Below, piece by piece: positions 1 to 15,300 of a stretch of 64,000 nt of DNA. The translations under genes and the position numbers were made by a program. Origin of the DNA: Veleropilina oligotropha (taxonomy: Eukaryota); contig JBEUKZ010000054.1 in the NCBI GenBank assembly GCA_048128005.1, positions 930,001 through 994,000 on the forward strand, read 5' to 3'. The first letter of the stretch is position 1. The number at the start of each line of letters is the position of its first letter. The notes beneath the pieces were generated by a model that was not told the origin of the DNA, did not search any database, and worked only from the letters and a program-made list of their open reading frames with translations.

Positions 1-150
1 TGATCTAGCAGCGGACTAGTATCCTTGATCTAGCAGCGGACTAGTATCCTTGATCTAGCAGCGGACTAGTATCCTTGATCTAGCAGCGGACTAGTATCCT
101 TGATCTAGCAGCGGACTAGTATCCTTGATCTAGCAGCGGACTAGTATCCT
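1..150. repeat. 25-bp minisatellite (TGATCTAGCAGCGGACTAGTATCCT)x6, continues off left edge
   Basis: perfect tandem copies. Confidence 0.95.
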
Positions 151-225
151 TTCAGTATCATTATTATTGTGATATCACCTAAACTGTTTGTAAATTGACC
201 ATTTGCATCATTCGTCTCATCTCAG

Positions 226-378
226 GCTACTTTTGTCCCACCGGTCAGAATTCCAGCACGCCGTTCGCTTGCCAGCCTGGATACTACTGCCCACTGGGCA
301 GCTTTGAGCAGGTGCCGTGTCCGTCAGGGACATACCAAGACCAGAGTGGACAAGGCGCATGCAAGGAGTGTGAGGAAG
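226..378 (+). CDS. Cys-rich gene exon 1 (in window)
   Basis: ctcag|GCTAC...GAAG|gtgagc; GYFCPTGQNSSTPFACQPGYYCPLG... Confidence 0.88.
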
Positions 379-3300
379 GTGAGCAAGGCTCCAGCAGCAC
401 TGTAGAGGATGGGTCTGGTGCTGCTGGCCTTCCATACTCTATCTCAACGTTTAAAATGGTGCTACTGGCTTTCGATACTCTATCGAAGCATGTTTAAACT
501 AGCTTAGTTTATTACTATTGATGAATTAGTCAGTGTCAGTTTAAAATTTTCGTAAAAGTCTGTCCAATTATATGTCCATTCCATACATTTGAATATAATG
601 GAATGTGTTTTAAAATGTATTATTTTATGTGCAGTTGATTGTAGCATGCTGTATGTTAACCTAAGAGTTTTACCCTTGACATTTACTTAATATATATGTT
701 GTTTGTAGGTTATTACTGCAGCATCGCCAACGAGCCGATGGTCTCGTATCTGCCCTACCCCTGCCCGGCTGGCTCCTTTTGCCCAAATGGCACCAAGTTT
801 TCGACGGAGTACGGCTGCCCACAGGGGACCTATAATGTGTATACGCTTCTGGAACGTGAAGATCAGTGCACACAATGTGACCCTGGCCAATATTGCGACT
901 CCGTTGGTCAAACGGCTGTTACAAGTAAGATTAGATTTATCCATATAAGTTAATATTAAAATTGGACACAATTAAAAAAATTTAATTTCTGTATATAGGT
1001 GTATATATGCGTTATATATGTAAATTACCGTTGAACAATTGTATGGGGTAATATGCTGTTGTCATCATTTTGCGGTCACCTCAGCAGAGATTTCTTGCGT
1101 GTGCTGTACAGTAAACAAAAACAGACGTTGAAGATCACGTCGAGGGAGTGGACTAAGGAGTTTTGAATTTTTTGTTTTAAGCTTTATAGTTATGGTCAAA
1201 ATTGCCTTCACAGGAGGCGGTTGACATCATACTCATTCGTTGTTATTTCAGATCCCTGTAATGCGCGTTACTGGTGCATTTTGGGAGCTCAGACGGCAGA
1301 ACCGACTGATGGACTGACTGGACGCGCCTGTCCGGAGGGTCAGTACTGCCCCCAGGGGACTGCGGCCCCTGTACCGTGCCCTGTGGGGACATCATCCAAT
1401 AGTACGGGCCTGGGAGCATCGAGCGACTGTCCAGCATGCACCGGCGGCTTCTACTGCGACCAAACCGGATCAGTGGAGCCGACTGGATCATGTTCAGCAA
1501 GGTACCAATCATTTCGTCAAGCAAATGAATTATGTAGGAGATGCGCAATTGTACAGATAATTTTATGTTTAATATGATTGTATATAATATTTTCTTCATT
1601 TTTGGCTCGCATGCAACGCAGATGCGAGCCTATGTAATGATGATGTACGTACGTCCGTCCGTCCGGCCCGCCGTCCGCAGTGAATGTTAAAGTTTTTCAA
1701 TCATGCTATATAGGCAACCCTGTGCTCTCTTGATCATAATATTATTGTAGATATATCTATTCCCATGTTGCACAACACTACACAAGTAATATTGAATGTA
1801 ATTTAAATAAAATTTTGCTTCAAAATGCTGCTTTTGGACTTAGAAATTTTGAATGTTAAAGTTTTTCAATAGTGCTATATAGGCAAACATGTGCACTCTT
1901 TATCTTCGTTTTATATGACATATGGCTACTCCAATGTTGCACGGCACTATAACAGTAACATGGGATATTATTTAAATCAAATTTTACCTCAAAGTGCTAC
2001 TTCTGGACTTAGAAATTATTTTGTTAAAGTTTTTGTTTTATGTTATATTATCTGACATAATACATTGAAACTTTTTAGCATCGTTGAACATTAGATATCT
2101 AATGTATATTTCAATATCCCATAACACCAGAGCAGTATTATTTAAGGTAAATTAAATCTATTTTATCACAAAAAAGAATTTATGTGAGATTTTAACTTGG
2201 GAAATTTTATAAAGGTAAATGTTGAAGTTTTTTTCTCAAGGTTACAATCTCTTGCATGCTTTCCATTTTTGAAGTTTTATTGAATCGCATGCAACACATA
2301 TGCTTGCCTATTTAATGATGATGTCTGTCCGCCGCCTGCACTAAATGTTAAAGTTTTTCAATCATGATCTATAGGCAACCATGTGCACTCTTTTCCACCT
2401 TTTTATTTTAGATAAGTATTTTCCAATATTGGACCACATTATAAAACTAAAATTGAATATGATTTATATCAAATTTTATTTCAAAATGCTAATTTCGGAC
2501 TTCGAAATATTTGTTAAAGTTTTTGGTTAAAGTTTATCAATTTTGCTATAACCGCCATTGAAACTTTCTAGCATCTTTGAATATTAGATATGTTTATTTC
2601 AATGTACCATGGCACCAGAGCAGAATTATTGAAGGTAATTAATTCTTATTTGACACAAGAAAATGAAATTATATTATGAGATTTAACTTAGGAAATTTGA
2701 TAAGTTAAATGTTGAAATGTTTCTCAGTGTTATATACTGCTTTATGCTTTGAAGTTTCTCTTATGGAGTTTCATTGAACAACAAGGTTTGATGTACATAA
2801 TTAAAAGAAGTAACATACAATTAAGATAAAATTGATTTTAACTTAAGAAATATGATTAAAGTAAAATGTAGACATAATAATTATATATAATACATGTAGT
2901 AGTAATACAATTGTACACATGGTGCATATGGTATACTGTAACTTGTCAAATCAATTAAATTATATTTGACAATTATATTTGACTGCTTCATATACAACAT
3001 ACTTTGATTGTCATGAATAGCAATTTTGGCTGGTGTTATCCTGTAAATCATTGTTCAAAGTATGATGTCCTGTAAAAGCTAGTAATTTCTAACTATATTA
3101 TTTTGTGACATTTTTTTAAAAATATTTACAAGAGCAGAAATGTTAATACACAGTGCTAGCCAAATAATAGTGACTAATGCTACTCCGTAATAATGATTTT
3201 TTGTAATTACTCTGTATTCAAAAAGCATCATTCTTCTACTTTAATGTTTGAATTGTGTTTGTGAACTCACACAAATAATTATTACAATTCAAAATGTATT

Positions 3301-6300
3301 GCTCTCTTCATGGTTAATCCAAGGTCCTAGAATATTATATATTACTGTGATTGCTTCTAAGAACTCCAGACTTTTTAATTAATGTATGGCTACTATAGAA
3401 TTGTGCAATATGTCATGCGAGCCATATCACGGCTTCGACGTTCTAGTTAGTCCCCCGCTTTAGCGGAGCGGGGGACTCTAGTATTCGCCTCCGTCCGTCC
3501 GTCCGTACGACCTTGTTAGCGCAATATCTCAAGACTGAATGAACCGATTTCATTTATATTTGGTGGATAGTTACCTTTGGGGAGTCCGCCGACACCAGTC
3601 GATTATGGTGACCTTCACCTCATTTTCAAGGTCACGGGGTACAGTTTACTCTTTTGCTCATTCATTTGTTGTTAGCGCAATATCTCAAGAATGAATGAAC
3701 CGATTTCAATTATATTTGGTGGATTGATACCTTTGGGGATACCGCCGACACCAGTCGATTATGGTGACCTTGCCCTCATTTTCAAGGTCACAGGGTACAG
3801 TTTACTCTTTCGCTCATTCAGTTGTCCGTACGTCCGTCCGTACGACCTTGTTAGCGCAATATCTCAAGACTGAATGAACCGATTTCATTTATATTTGGTG
3901 GATAGATACCTTTGGGGAGTCCGCCGACACCAGTCGATTATGGTGATCTTCACCTCATTTTCAAGGTCACGGGGTACAGTTTACTCTTTTGCTCATTCAT
4001 TTGTTGTTAGCGCAATATCTCAAGAATGAATGAACCGATTTCAATTATATTTGGTGGATTGATACCTTTGGGGATACCGCCGACACCAGTCGATTATGGT
4101 GACCTTGCCCTCATTTTCAAGGTCACAGGGTACAGTTTACTCTTTCGCTCATTCAGTTGTTGTTAGCGTGATATCTCAAGAGTACATGTACCGATTTCAT
4201 TTATATTTGGTGGATAGATACCTTTGGGGATGCCACCGACACCAGTCGATTATGGTGACCTTGACCTCATTTTCAAGGTCACAGGGTACAGTTTACTCTT
4301 TCGCGATATCTCAAGACAGGATGAACCGATTTCAATTATATTTGGCCGAGTGATACCTTTGGGGATACTGCCAACACCAGTCGATTATGGTGACCTTGAC
4401 CTCATTTTCAAGGTCACAGGGTACAGTTTACTCTTTGCTCATTCAATTGTTGTTAGCGCAATATCTCAAGACTGAATGAACCGTTTTCATTTATATTTGG
4501 TGGATAGATACCTTTGTGGATACCGCCGACACCAGTCGATTATGGTGACTTTCACCTCTTTTTCAAGGTCACAGGGTACAGTTTACGCTTTTGCTCATTC
4601 AATTGTTGTTAGCGCGATATCTCAAGACAATGAACTGATTTCATTTATATTTGGTAGATAGATACATTTGTGGATATCGCCGATACCAGTCGATTATGTT
4701 GACCTTGACCTCATTTTCTGTCTTCAGATACCGAGGTCAATGTCGCCATAATTGACTGGTGCCAGCGATATCCCCAAATGTATTTAATTGTTGTTAGCGC
4801 GATATCTCAAGACAGAATGAACTGATTTCATTTATATTTGGTAGATAGATACATTTGTGGATATCGCCGATACCAGTCGATTATGTTGACCTTGACCTCA
4901 TTTTCTGTCTTCAGATACCGAGGTCTACAACATATATAAACAGCTCCCATACATGCATTGGGCGATATAGCAGTCCCTTAATCACTGGCGGGGGACTCTT
5001 GCCACGTTAGTGGCAAACACTTGTTAAGGTTGCACCAGTGATTTAATGGATAAGAGCGTTTCTCCCTTGTACCCTGGCATCTCTTCTCTCCTGGCATCTC
5101 TTCTCTCCTGGCATCTCTTCTCCCCTGGCATCTTCTCTCCTGGCATCTCTTCTCTCCTGGCATCTCTTCTCTCCTGGCATCTCTTCTCCCCTGGCATCTC
5201 TTCTCTCCTGGCATCTCTTCTCTCCTGGCATCTCTTCTCCCCTGGCATCTCTTCTCTCCTGGCATCTCTTCTCTCCTGGCATCTCTTCTCCCCTGGCATC
5301 GCTTCTCCCCTGGCATCTCTTCTCTCCTGGCATCTCTTCTCTCCTGGCATCTCTTCTCCCCTGGCATCTCTTCTCCCCTGGCATCTCTTCTCCCCTGGCA
5401 TCTCTTCTCCCCTGGCATCTCTTCTCCCCTGGCATCTCTTCTCTCCTGGCATCTCTTCTCTCCTGGCATCTCTTCTCTCCTGGCATCTCTTCTCTCCTGG
5501 CATCTCTTCTCTCCTGGCATCTCTTCTCTCCTGGCATCTCTTCTCCCCTGGCATCTCTTCTCCCCTGGCATCTCTTCTCTCCTGGCATCTCTTCTCTCCT
5601 GGCATCTATTCTCTCCTGGCATCTCTTCTCCCCTGGCATCTCTTCTCTCATGGCATCTCTTCTCTCCTGGCATCTCTTCTCCCCTGGCATTGTGACAATG
5701 CGGGGTAGATGATGTTACCAAGTTCGGACTTCAAGAACTGGCGGAATGCCCGTCACAGCGTCACAGGGTTAATGGGATAAATAAATCTGTAGTCTGCAAT
5801 GTTCGGCATATGTTCGGAGCACTCGATGGGAGGTGAAAGGACTTCATCATACGTGTCGTCTAGTGTTCTATAGAGTATAAACCGTATACTCTGCTCTAAT
5901 TAAGTTTCTGTCTCTCTACTCAGCCGACTGGTCATTCCAGCATTTATAATGGACCGTTGTGTTATCCATGCTGGAATGCGATGGTATTAGATAACATCCC
6001 CGTGACAAGACGCTATCCACTGGAGTCGTTGTGTTATTATCTCGCTACTACTTTACAAGGCATGGATGGTTTCCGGACAATTCATTTATATACGTCCTCA
6101 ACATAACAATAACATAGTATACAATTTTCTATGCTACACAAAATGAGCCCCGCCCGGGCGTGCTTTCTAGGTGGTAGCGAGTGCGGGACTGCCGCTCTCT
6201 GGCAATAATCCGAATCCTTCTACCCTTGCCTCGACCAATAGGATCTCGTGCTTTGGATTCGTCCACTATTACATCATGATTTAGCCAACGTGGCAATTCC

Positions 6301-9300
6301 ATCGTGGCCACAGTAACGCGTGCAAAATGACTCATACTCATTAATCTATTTCAGTTATATAAACATGTCAAACATGTCCACCCATGCCAGCCTTATGTTA
6401 CGTCAATCACTTTATGGCATGGGCACTTAGTGCAATTAGTCACATTTAAAACAATACTAATTTACCATTCTTAAAGTTAAAATACTAATTTACCATTCTT
6501 AAAGTTAACTCGTTAAGTAATTAGACATCATATTGTAACAGTACCTCCCATACTTCGAAGAATATTAATCAAATTAAGATTCTCATTTAGTCAGCCAATA
6601 TGATCGGTAAACAACACATAGCTCAACAATAATAAAAACATGCACAATAAAGTAAAGCATGCACAATATAACTCAACAATCAAATGTATTTCAAAACTAT
6701 TAAAATCATCCATAAATTCACAGAGTCTCTTTAACCCCATGTATCATCACATGGGTCACTAAATAAAGTGAATCGCGCACATTGTTCATTCCTCGCAAGG
6801 CACATCCATTCAGTCCTAATCTCGTGCGATTGGTCGACGAACCAGACACACAGTTTGTAAATATGTCCAATCTCCATCGTCGCACCAATGAAACATGTCG
6901 TAGGTTGTCAGTCGTCGCACGCATGTACATTGATTTAATCGTGGCACAATGGATGACCTGGAAGAAAGATCAAAGCAGCAATATCTGTCCCCTAACTTAT
7001 GTTCACACTTGAACTAAAGTGGTGCTCTCAATTAACACCAACACGATTTACCATTAGGCAATACTATGCCACTTTATGACATGAAAACTTCATGCTACTT
7101 AATACAATCATCATCAACATGGGTGTACATCATTTTGACAAGTTACATTGATCTTCAGTAACTTACACGTCTTACTCTTTATTTTTTAAGGTTTTACCAA
7201 AACCACAGCTTCTCAATTTCTCAATATATTCAAGTGTCCAGCCCTCTCGGCCAGAAAACATTTAACTTGTTTACTAGAACTGCTAGTCACCATTGAGTAT
7301 GTTAGGCGTTATTGGCTTTTATCTCCCGATGACGACACATTGCACATTATTGATTTAATTAATTGGTTTCGTGTGTCTTGTCTGCATTACACCTGTTCTC
7401 TTTTCTACTAAGTTTATGGCCAACGAATATTTCTTCTTACAATGAACCGTAAGTTTAAACATTATACATCCCTTTATGACAATCATTAACAGGATCGTGA
7501 ACGCCAAATAGAACTCAATCGCTGTATGCCTTTCAATTCGGAAATAATGCTTTCTCTTTGGCATTCGATTCAATGTCCGTCACTTATTAGTACCAATAAA
7601 CCCTCAAACAGATCTTACGAATTTCTCGAAAATACAAGACACTACCTATTGCAAATTTATTCATCGCTCCGCCTATTGGTCATCATTTATTAATTGACCA
7701 TTTTTAGCACTCCTTGTTTATATTTGGTGGACTTCTTATCCACATTGTCTCAATCACCTCTTTCATGATCCTCGTTCAAGGGTCAGTTATCAGTGGCGTG
7801 TTACGACCAATCATCTACGCGTTACTAACTCTTACTGAAGAATGCATTCGTTAGACTATCCAACATGTGAACATAAAAGTCATTAAGCGAGACCAAAAAT
7901 CAATTTGATCCAACAACCAGGAAGCGTGTTCCAAGTCGAAGAACACGCCGCGAAGCCCCGGTCAACCCCTTAGTTCAAGCGCTAATAAATTCATCAAAAG
8001 TTACCAACTCATGTTCGACAGACCTAACACTCTCTCTCTATCTCATCAGTAGATATCACCCTTATGTCGGTCACCCCACTGTCACCACGACCCACAGTGC
8101 ACTTTTACTATTCAGGGGAATCACTCTACCCTGTCTCTATTAGTTGCGTTAATGTCTGTACACCCTATGACTGTTTTATTATTTGATTTCATTTACATTA
8201 TTTCACCTCTCCCTCCGATTGGCATTCACGAGGTCCAATCAACCTTATCAGTTCGCCCTAAACCGGTTTCGAACTGTATTATGGTGCAAAGGATTTAATT
8301 CCCCCTTTCAAAAGCTGAAACAGCCCCCCCGACATAACGTCGACACCTAACATGTACGTTTCTTATTACATGTGCGTCCTCACATAACAATGCTCTTGGT
8401 CACGTCTTTTATTTCTCAACACTTGTCAAATGAAATCAAACAATTCGTAATTTATTACTTTTCCTGTAATATTTAATCTCTCCTGCTCCACTATTTCTAT
8501 TTCTAACTCAATTAATCTGCAAAATGTATTTTCCCAGTTATAAAATACTCTACTGCGAGTTTGTTTACACAAAGGTCAACTGCGCTGATCCCTCGCTGCA
8601 AGGAGCCAAAATTTCGTAATCAATCTAGTCTCTGGCAGTTACAGTAATGCATATCTCAAGCATTTATCATGCACATACATTAAACCAGCCAATGCATAAA
8701 TTGACACCATTTCTCACAGCATTTGTAGAAACTGATAGTGCTTTACAAGGCTTACGGTAAATCCATTATACAATGGAAACAATACATCTTTCTGCTATAA
8801 ATACAGTTTAGCTCTTCAAGTATGGTGACTATCTTATCCCTATTCCGGTTCCAATATAAATGATATAATTCAAAGCATGCAAACACAATAATTATGTTCA
8901 ATACAACCATCTTCTTATTTATGGACTCTTATCTTAATTCCTTTTACGCGATTGGTTTCTCAAAAGCGTTCACTTCCATAATATTACCTTTACTATATGA
9001 AACCTTACTTTCGGCCATTTCTATTACATTAAATTTATAATCAGGTGTAATTTACAAAATGCAGACTTATTATATGACACACTCACCCTATGTTATTGTT
9101 GATAACAGCTCCATGTCGATACGCCATCTCAATTGCACTCTGTCTTTTGGTATGCCGGTCTGCAACATCCACCACGATTTTTCCTCTGCGGTTTGTTGAT
9201 ATTCGTAGGTCAGCCAGCTCACGTCGCCAAATTAACAGCTTGGTTCATCCTGGTCACGCTCACCAAATTAACCACTGTGACAATGCGGGGTAGATGATGT

Positions 9301-12300
9301 TACCAAGTTCGGACTTCAAGAACTGGCGGAATGCCCGTCACAGCGTCACAGGGTTAATGGGATAAATAAATCTGTAGTCTGCAATGTTCGGCATATGTTC
9401 GGAGCACTCGATGGGAGGTGAAAGGACTTCATCATACGTGTCGTCTAGTGTTCTATAGAGTATAAACCGTATACTCTGCTCTAATTAAGTTTCTGTCTCT
9501 CTACTCAGCCGACTGGTCATTCCAGCATTTATAATGGACCGTTGTGTTATCCATGCTGGAATGCGATGGTATTAGATAACATCCCCGTGACAAGACGCTA
9601 TCCACTGGAGTCGTTGTGTTATTATCTCGCTACTACTTTACAAGGCATTGGTGGTTTCCGGACAATTCATTTATATACGTCCTCAACATAACAATAACAT
9701 AGTATACAATTTTCTATGCTACACAAAATGAGCCCCGCCCGGGCGTGCTTTCTAGGTGGTAGCGAGTGCGGGACTGCCGCTCTCTGGCAATAATCCGAAT
9801 CCTTCTACCCTTGCCTCGACCAATAGGATCTCGTGCTTTGGATTCGTCCACTATTACATCATGATTTAGCCAACGTGGCAATTCCATCGTGGCCACAGTA
9901 ACGCGTGCAAAATGACTCATACTCATTAATCTATTTCAGTTATATAAACATGTCAAACATGTCCACCCATGCCAGCCTTATGTTACGTCAATCACTTTAT
10001 GGCATGGGCACTTAGTGCAATTAGTCACATTTAAAACAATACTAATTTACCATTCTTAAAGTTAAAATACTAATTTACCATTCTTAAAGTTAACTCGTTA
10101 AGTAATTAGACATCATATTGTAACAGCATCTCTTCTCTCCTGGCATCTCTTCTCTCCTGGCATCTCTTCTCTCCTGGCATTTCTTCTCTCCTGGCATTTC
10201 TTCTCTCCTGGCATCTCTTCTCTGATTAACAGAAGAGGGCTAAAATCCTCGACTGGGCAAATTGTTTAATTAACAGTCACAGTTGTTCATAGCTGGCCTC
10301 TGCAGACGGCTTTTCCCTTGCGACCAGGCTTTCCTCCATTGATAATACGGACATGACCTTGTTATGACCTTGAAGGGTGGTAAAAATGAGATGTTAAGCA
10401 TCGATCCAAACCCAACTGAACACGTCTTCACAGCCGTCTTCTGTATTCCAGGTACAGTGGATTCCACTTAATTGCATAACGCTTAATTGCATATTTCGGA
10501 TATTTGCATAAAATCTGCAGGAACAGAATAGTTTACTATTATTATCATATGCAAATAATCGCTTAATTGCATGCATAATTACCGGATTTTCGCTTATTTG
10601 CATAAGAAATTTTCGACTGCACAATACATAATTGATATTAACATCGTTAAATTGATCAAAATACTTGCGTATTTGCCGGTATGGCTTGCTACGCCATCGT
10701 AAAGATGTTTATTCAACAGTAACATTCGAAGTTTAACCATTTTTTCAACCTCGCGGGTTTCAAAATAATTTTTACTTCCGGAAAAAGTCGGAATTGAAAG
10801 TTCGATAAACATCGTTTCAGTGTAGAAATGTTACGGAAATGAACGATGTCAATCGGGGATATTTTGGGATGGCAAACATCGATCGATAATCGGATTAAAA
10901 TCTATTGTCAAAGTCCAAATGACAGATTTTGGGGTTTATCTGAACCCAAAATCAAAGATTAGGCATACGAATCAATGTAAAAGGTGCCGTTACATGGATT
11001 CATGTGAACATCACTTAGTTCGCCGATAAATAACACAGGACAACAACAACACAACATTTCTTTTGTAACAAAATTATCTCCCCTGATTTGGTTTCGTAGC
11101 ATCGCCGTTTAGAACTACGGTGATTTAATTATTATTTTAATTTATGTATGAAGACAACGTCTTATAAGTTTTTTTTATATCAGATCATAATATACTGGAC
11201 TAATTAAATATCGCTAGAAATAATTATTCAATAATTGTAAAAACAAATCGATTCGAGATTAAAACATAGGGATGAATTTTCAACATGGCGGCCGATAACG
11301 CGACACGTGTTCAGCAGAAGAGAAACATTCAGATATGAATTTCCACACCCTAGTAAACTATATATCAATTCTACTGAAACAGGTCAGAATAACCACAAAA
11401 TATTGTGTATACAATCCGTATTCATGGAAAGAAAAATACATTACGCAAATTCTCCTTTGCAGATAAATTTATTACCAGGACATGATATATTTATAATAAT
11501 AAAGAACCATTTAAATACAAGTACGCTAATTATCATGGGTGAGATTTCCGGCGAAAAACTTGCCGAAATTTACGTAACGGTTAAACGCATAATTCGCTTA
11601 TTAGCATAAATAATCGCGACAATCTCGCTATGCAAATAAGCGGAATCCACTGTACTACTGTTCAGGATATGCTTGTCCCTCACAGCGATCCTCTGTATTC
11701 CAGGTACTACTGTTCAGGATATGCTTGTCCCTCACAGCCGTCCTCTGTATTCTAGGTACTACTGTTCAGGATATGCTTGTCCCTCACAGCCATCTGTATT
11801 CCAGGTACTACTGTTAGAGATATGCTTGTCCCTCACAACCGTCCTCTGTATTCCAGGTACTACTGTTCAGGAAGTTCCATCACCCCCACGCCTAACGATG
11901 TCGGAGTGACCGGCGACCTTTGCACTGTTGGTCACTACTGCACCGAGGGCACGGCGGTGCCCATCCCGTGCCCAGCAGGGTCCTACATGACCACTAACGG
12001 AGCAGACGCGTGCTTGACCTGTATCGCTGGGCATTACTGCATCACTGGATTGACCCCTGAACTCTGCCCTCCAGGGTTCTACTGCCCCCAGGGCACCGGC
12101 GACCTCTGGCAGTCGTGCCCCTTGGGAACTTTCAGCAACATCGCAGGCATTTGGGATGCGGATAACTGCACCCAGTGCACCGGAGGCAGTTATTGTTCAG
12201 AGCTCGATGCAACCATGGTTACTGGCGATTGCGCTCCTGGGTATTATTGTACGTCCGGATCGGATACTCCTACTCCGGATACGGGAAACACCGGTGTTGC

Positions 12301-15300
12301 TGGACCATGTCCGAGCGGTCATTATTGTTTAGTGGGTACAGTTATACCGTCAGGGTGTCCGGTGGGTACCTTTAGCAGCAACACCAAGCTGCTCAGTGCA
12401 TCAGCATGTACACCATGTTCGTTCGGAAAGTTTTGTGGTACGGAAGGCCTCTCGACTCCGACAGGTGAATGTTACGCTGGGTTTTACTGCCTTTTAGGAG
12501 CAGGCTCTCCAAATAACCCAGTTGAAGATTCAACCGGTGGACCCTGCCCTGCCGGACATTTCTGTCCAAATGGAACATCGTATCCGCTGGGTTGCGCATC
12601 TGGAACATTTAATCCAAGCACTGGACAAGCTGCTTGCACACCATGTCCGATCGGATATTTCTGCCCGGAAAACTCCACAACATACATCGGATATGACTGT
12701 CCAAGTGGTCACTATTGCCCTGAAGGAACAGAATACGACACTCAATACCCATGTCCGAAAGGACACTACAATCCAGACACTGGTCGGACTGGCCTGGAAT
12801 CCTGTCAGCAATGTCCGCCTGGGGAGTATTGTGCCACTGAAGGTCTTTCCACCGCCACCGGACTGTGTAGTGTTGGATGGTATTGTACGCTCGGAGCTTG
12901 GTCCGACTCTCCACTGGAGTGGGACAATTCCACCTTGGCCGAAACCTGTGTATGTCCAGCTAACAGCACCGGTGGTCAATGTCAGCCGGGATACTTCTGT
13001 CCAGTCGGATCCAGCCAACCTCAGCCATGTTCGGGAGGTGAGTTGCATATTTCAGGCAATTTCTATTTATGCCCCCACAAATGAAGTTTAGGGGGCATAT
13101 AGGAGTCAGCTTGTCTGTCGGCCGGTCTGTTTCAAATTCTCTTTCGCTCCATATCTCTGCTTGACTGCACTTAATCCAAAATTCCCTTCCGCTCCATATC
13201 TCCCATACTATTTGTCCGAGAGACACGAAACTTGATGTGTGCATGCGTCATAACTCAAAGGTGTGTTGCTTACCGAAAGTAGATCACTGCGACCTACTTT
13301 TCACGCTTTACCACATCAGTCCAAAATTCCCTTCGCTCCATATCTCTCATACTATTTGACCGAGGGACATGAAACTTCATATGTGTATGCATCATAACTG
13401 AAAGGTATGTTGCGTACTGAAAGTAGGTCACCATTCCTACTTTCCACACTTGACCGCATTCAGTCTAAAATTCCCTTCCGCTCCTTATCTCCCATACTAT
13501 TTGACTGAGGGACATGAAACTTCATGGGTGTATGCAACAGCCTGTTCCTTGGTCAAATGCTTTCGTGGGGGCATGTGATCACTCCTGTGATAGCTCTAGT
13601 TAATGAAGTTTTTAATCTCTTATTTGCAAATTGATTTCCACCATTTACTATTCAAAGTAGGGAGCTTTTCCTGTGAAAGCTTGCCAATGGGTCCTTGCAA
13701 TGTTTACAGATTCATCTGCATAATCGTATGCCTGGCGATGGCAGCAGATTATTAGTAGATGACAAAGAGAATCTTTGGATTGTCCACAAATTAAAAGTGG
13801 ACAAAATAAAAGGATCGAGTTTAATTTGCATTAAGATTACCAGCTAGTAATGCATAAGTTTAATTTGCATTAAGATTACCAGCAAGTAATGCATAAGTTT
13901 AATTTGCATTAAGATTACCAGCAAGTAATGCATAAGTTTAATTTGCATTAAGATTACCAGCAAGTAATGCATAAGTTTAATTTGCATTAAGATTACCAGC
14001 AAGTAATGCATTAAGATTACCAGCAAGTAATGCATTAAGATTACCAGCAAGTAATGCATTAAGATTACCAGCAAGTAATGCATAAATTTAATGTGCATTA
14101 AGATTACCAGCAAGTAATCCATAAGTTTAATTTGCATTAAGATTACCAGCAAGTAATGCATAAGTTTAATGTGCATTAAGATTACCAGCAAGTAATGCAT
14201 TAAGATTACCAGCAAGTAATGCATTAAGATTACCAGCAAGTAATGCATAAGTTTAATTTGCATTAAGATTACCAGCAAGTAATGCATAAGTTTAATGTGC
14301 ATTAAGATTACCAGCAAGTAATGCATTAAGATTACCAGCAAGTAATGCATTAAGATCACCAGCAAGTAATGCATAAGTTTTAATAGACTTCCACTGCTCT
14401 TATCTGTAACATTTGGCCATGAAAATGTTTTCTCTATATTTTGTCATTTATAATTATTAATTTTTAAAGTAATTAATCTCTGTAATTATCTGACATTGTC
14501 TTTTGAAGGTAATTAACACTGAAATAATTTAACGTTTCAGGGAAATACTGCGAGACCGCTGGCTTGGCTGCTGTAACGGGATCATGCTCGGCTGGTTACT
14601 TCTGTTTCCTGGGGGCATCGCGGCCGGACCCCCAGGGAGGTGCCACTGGAGGATCATGCCCCACTGGTCACTACTGCCCAGTCGGTACGGCCAGCCCCGT
14701 GCCCTGTTCGGCCGGATACTTCACAAACGCCATGGGCAATCAGGCCTCCTCGGACTGCGAACTGTGCACAGCCGGTGAGTAACAATATCAGACTGCGAAC
14801 TGTGCACAGCGGGTGAGTAACAATATGTGACTGTCAACTCTGCGCCGTAGGTGAATATTAATATATGATGTTAAATAAACCATGTCATGAAATTGCTGTA
14901 GTAAAAATCAGCCATGGAATTTTTGTGATTGTCAAGTTTCGTTATTTTTCAATGAATAATATCTGTATTGTAATGCCCCCACCAATTTATTGGTGGTGCA
15001 TTTAGATTTACCCTTGTCTGTCCGTCCCATCCCGAAAACCAGTATTTGCTTGCAATTAACTCCATTCTTCTATACAGTGGAGGCATTCGTGTCCCATGGA
15101 CACATTTCTAGTATATTTCATAACTTATTGCACCAATGCAAATTAATGTTGAAAGCTATACTATATAATATAGGCCTACCAATGTGTAATTTCCAGACTA
15201 AACGTGCATGACTATATTTATGCAAGTTGATAGCTAAGCAGTTAGAGCATCAGAAAGATATTGTGTTGGCGCGATATAGAATTGATCAAAATTTCATGGC

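Noticed and set aside
4978..5721. Long repetitive ORFs (MPGEKRCQERRDARREE...)
   Set aside because: Translations of an intronic 18-bp minisatellite, open in several frames
6129..6341. Duplicated 70-aa ORF (also 9714-9926)
   Set aside because: Lies inside the two LTRs; no recognisable motif
13844..14374. MHYLLVIL repeat ORF; likewise ORFs at 28811-29197, 31024-31536 and 38549-39139
   Set aside because: Minisatellite translations without splice or coding support
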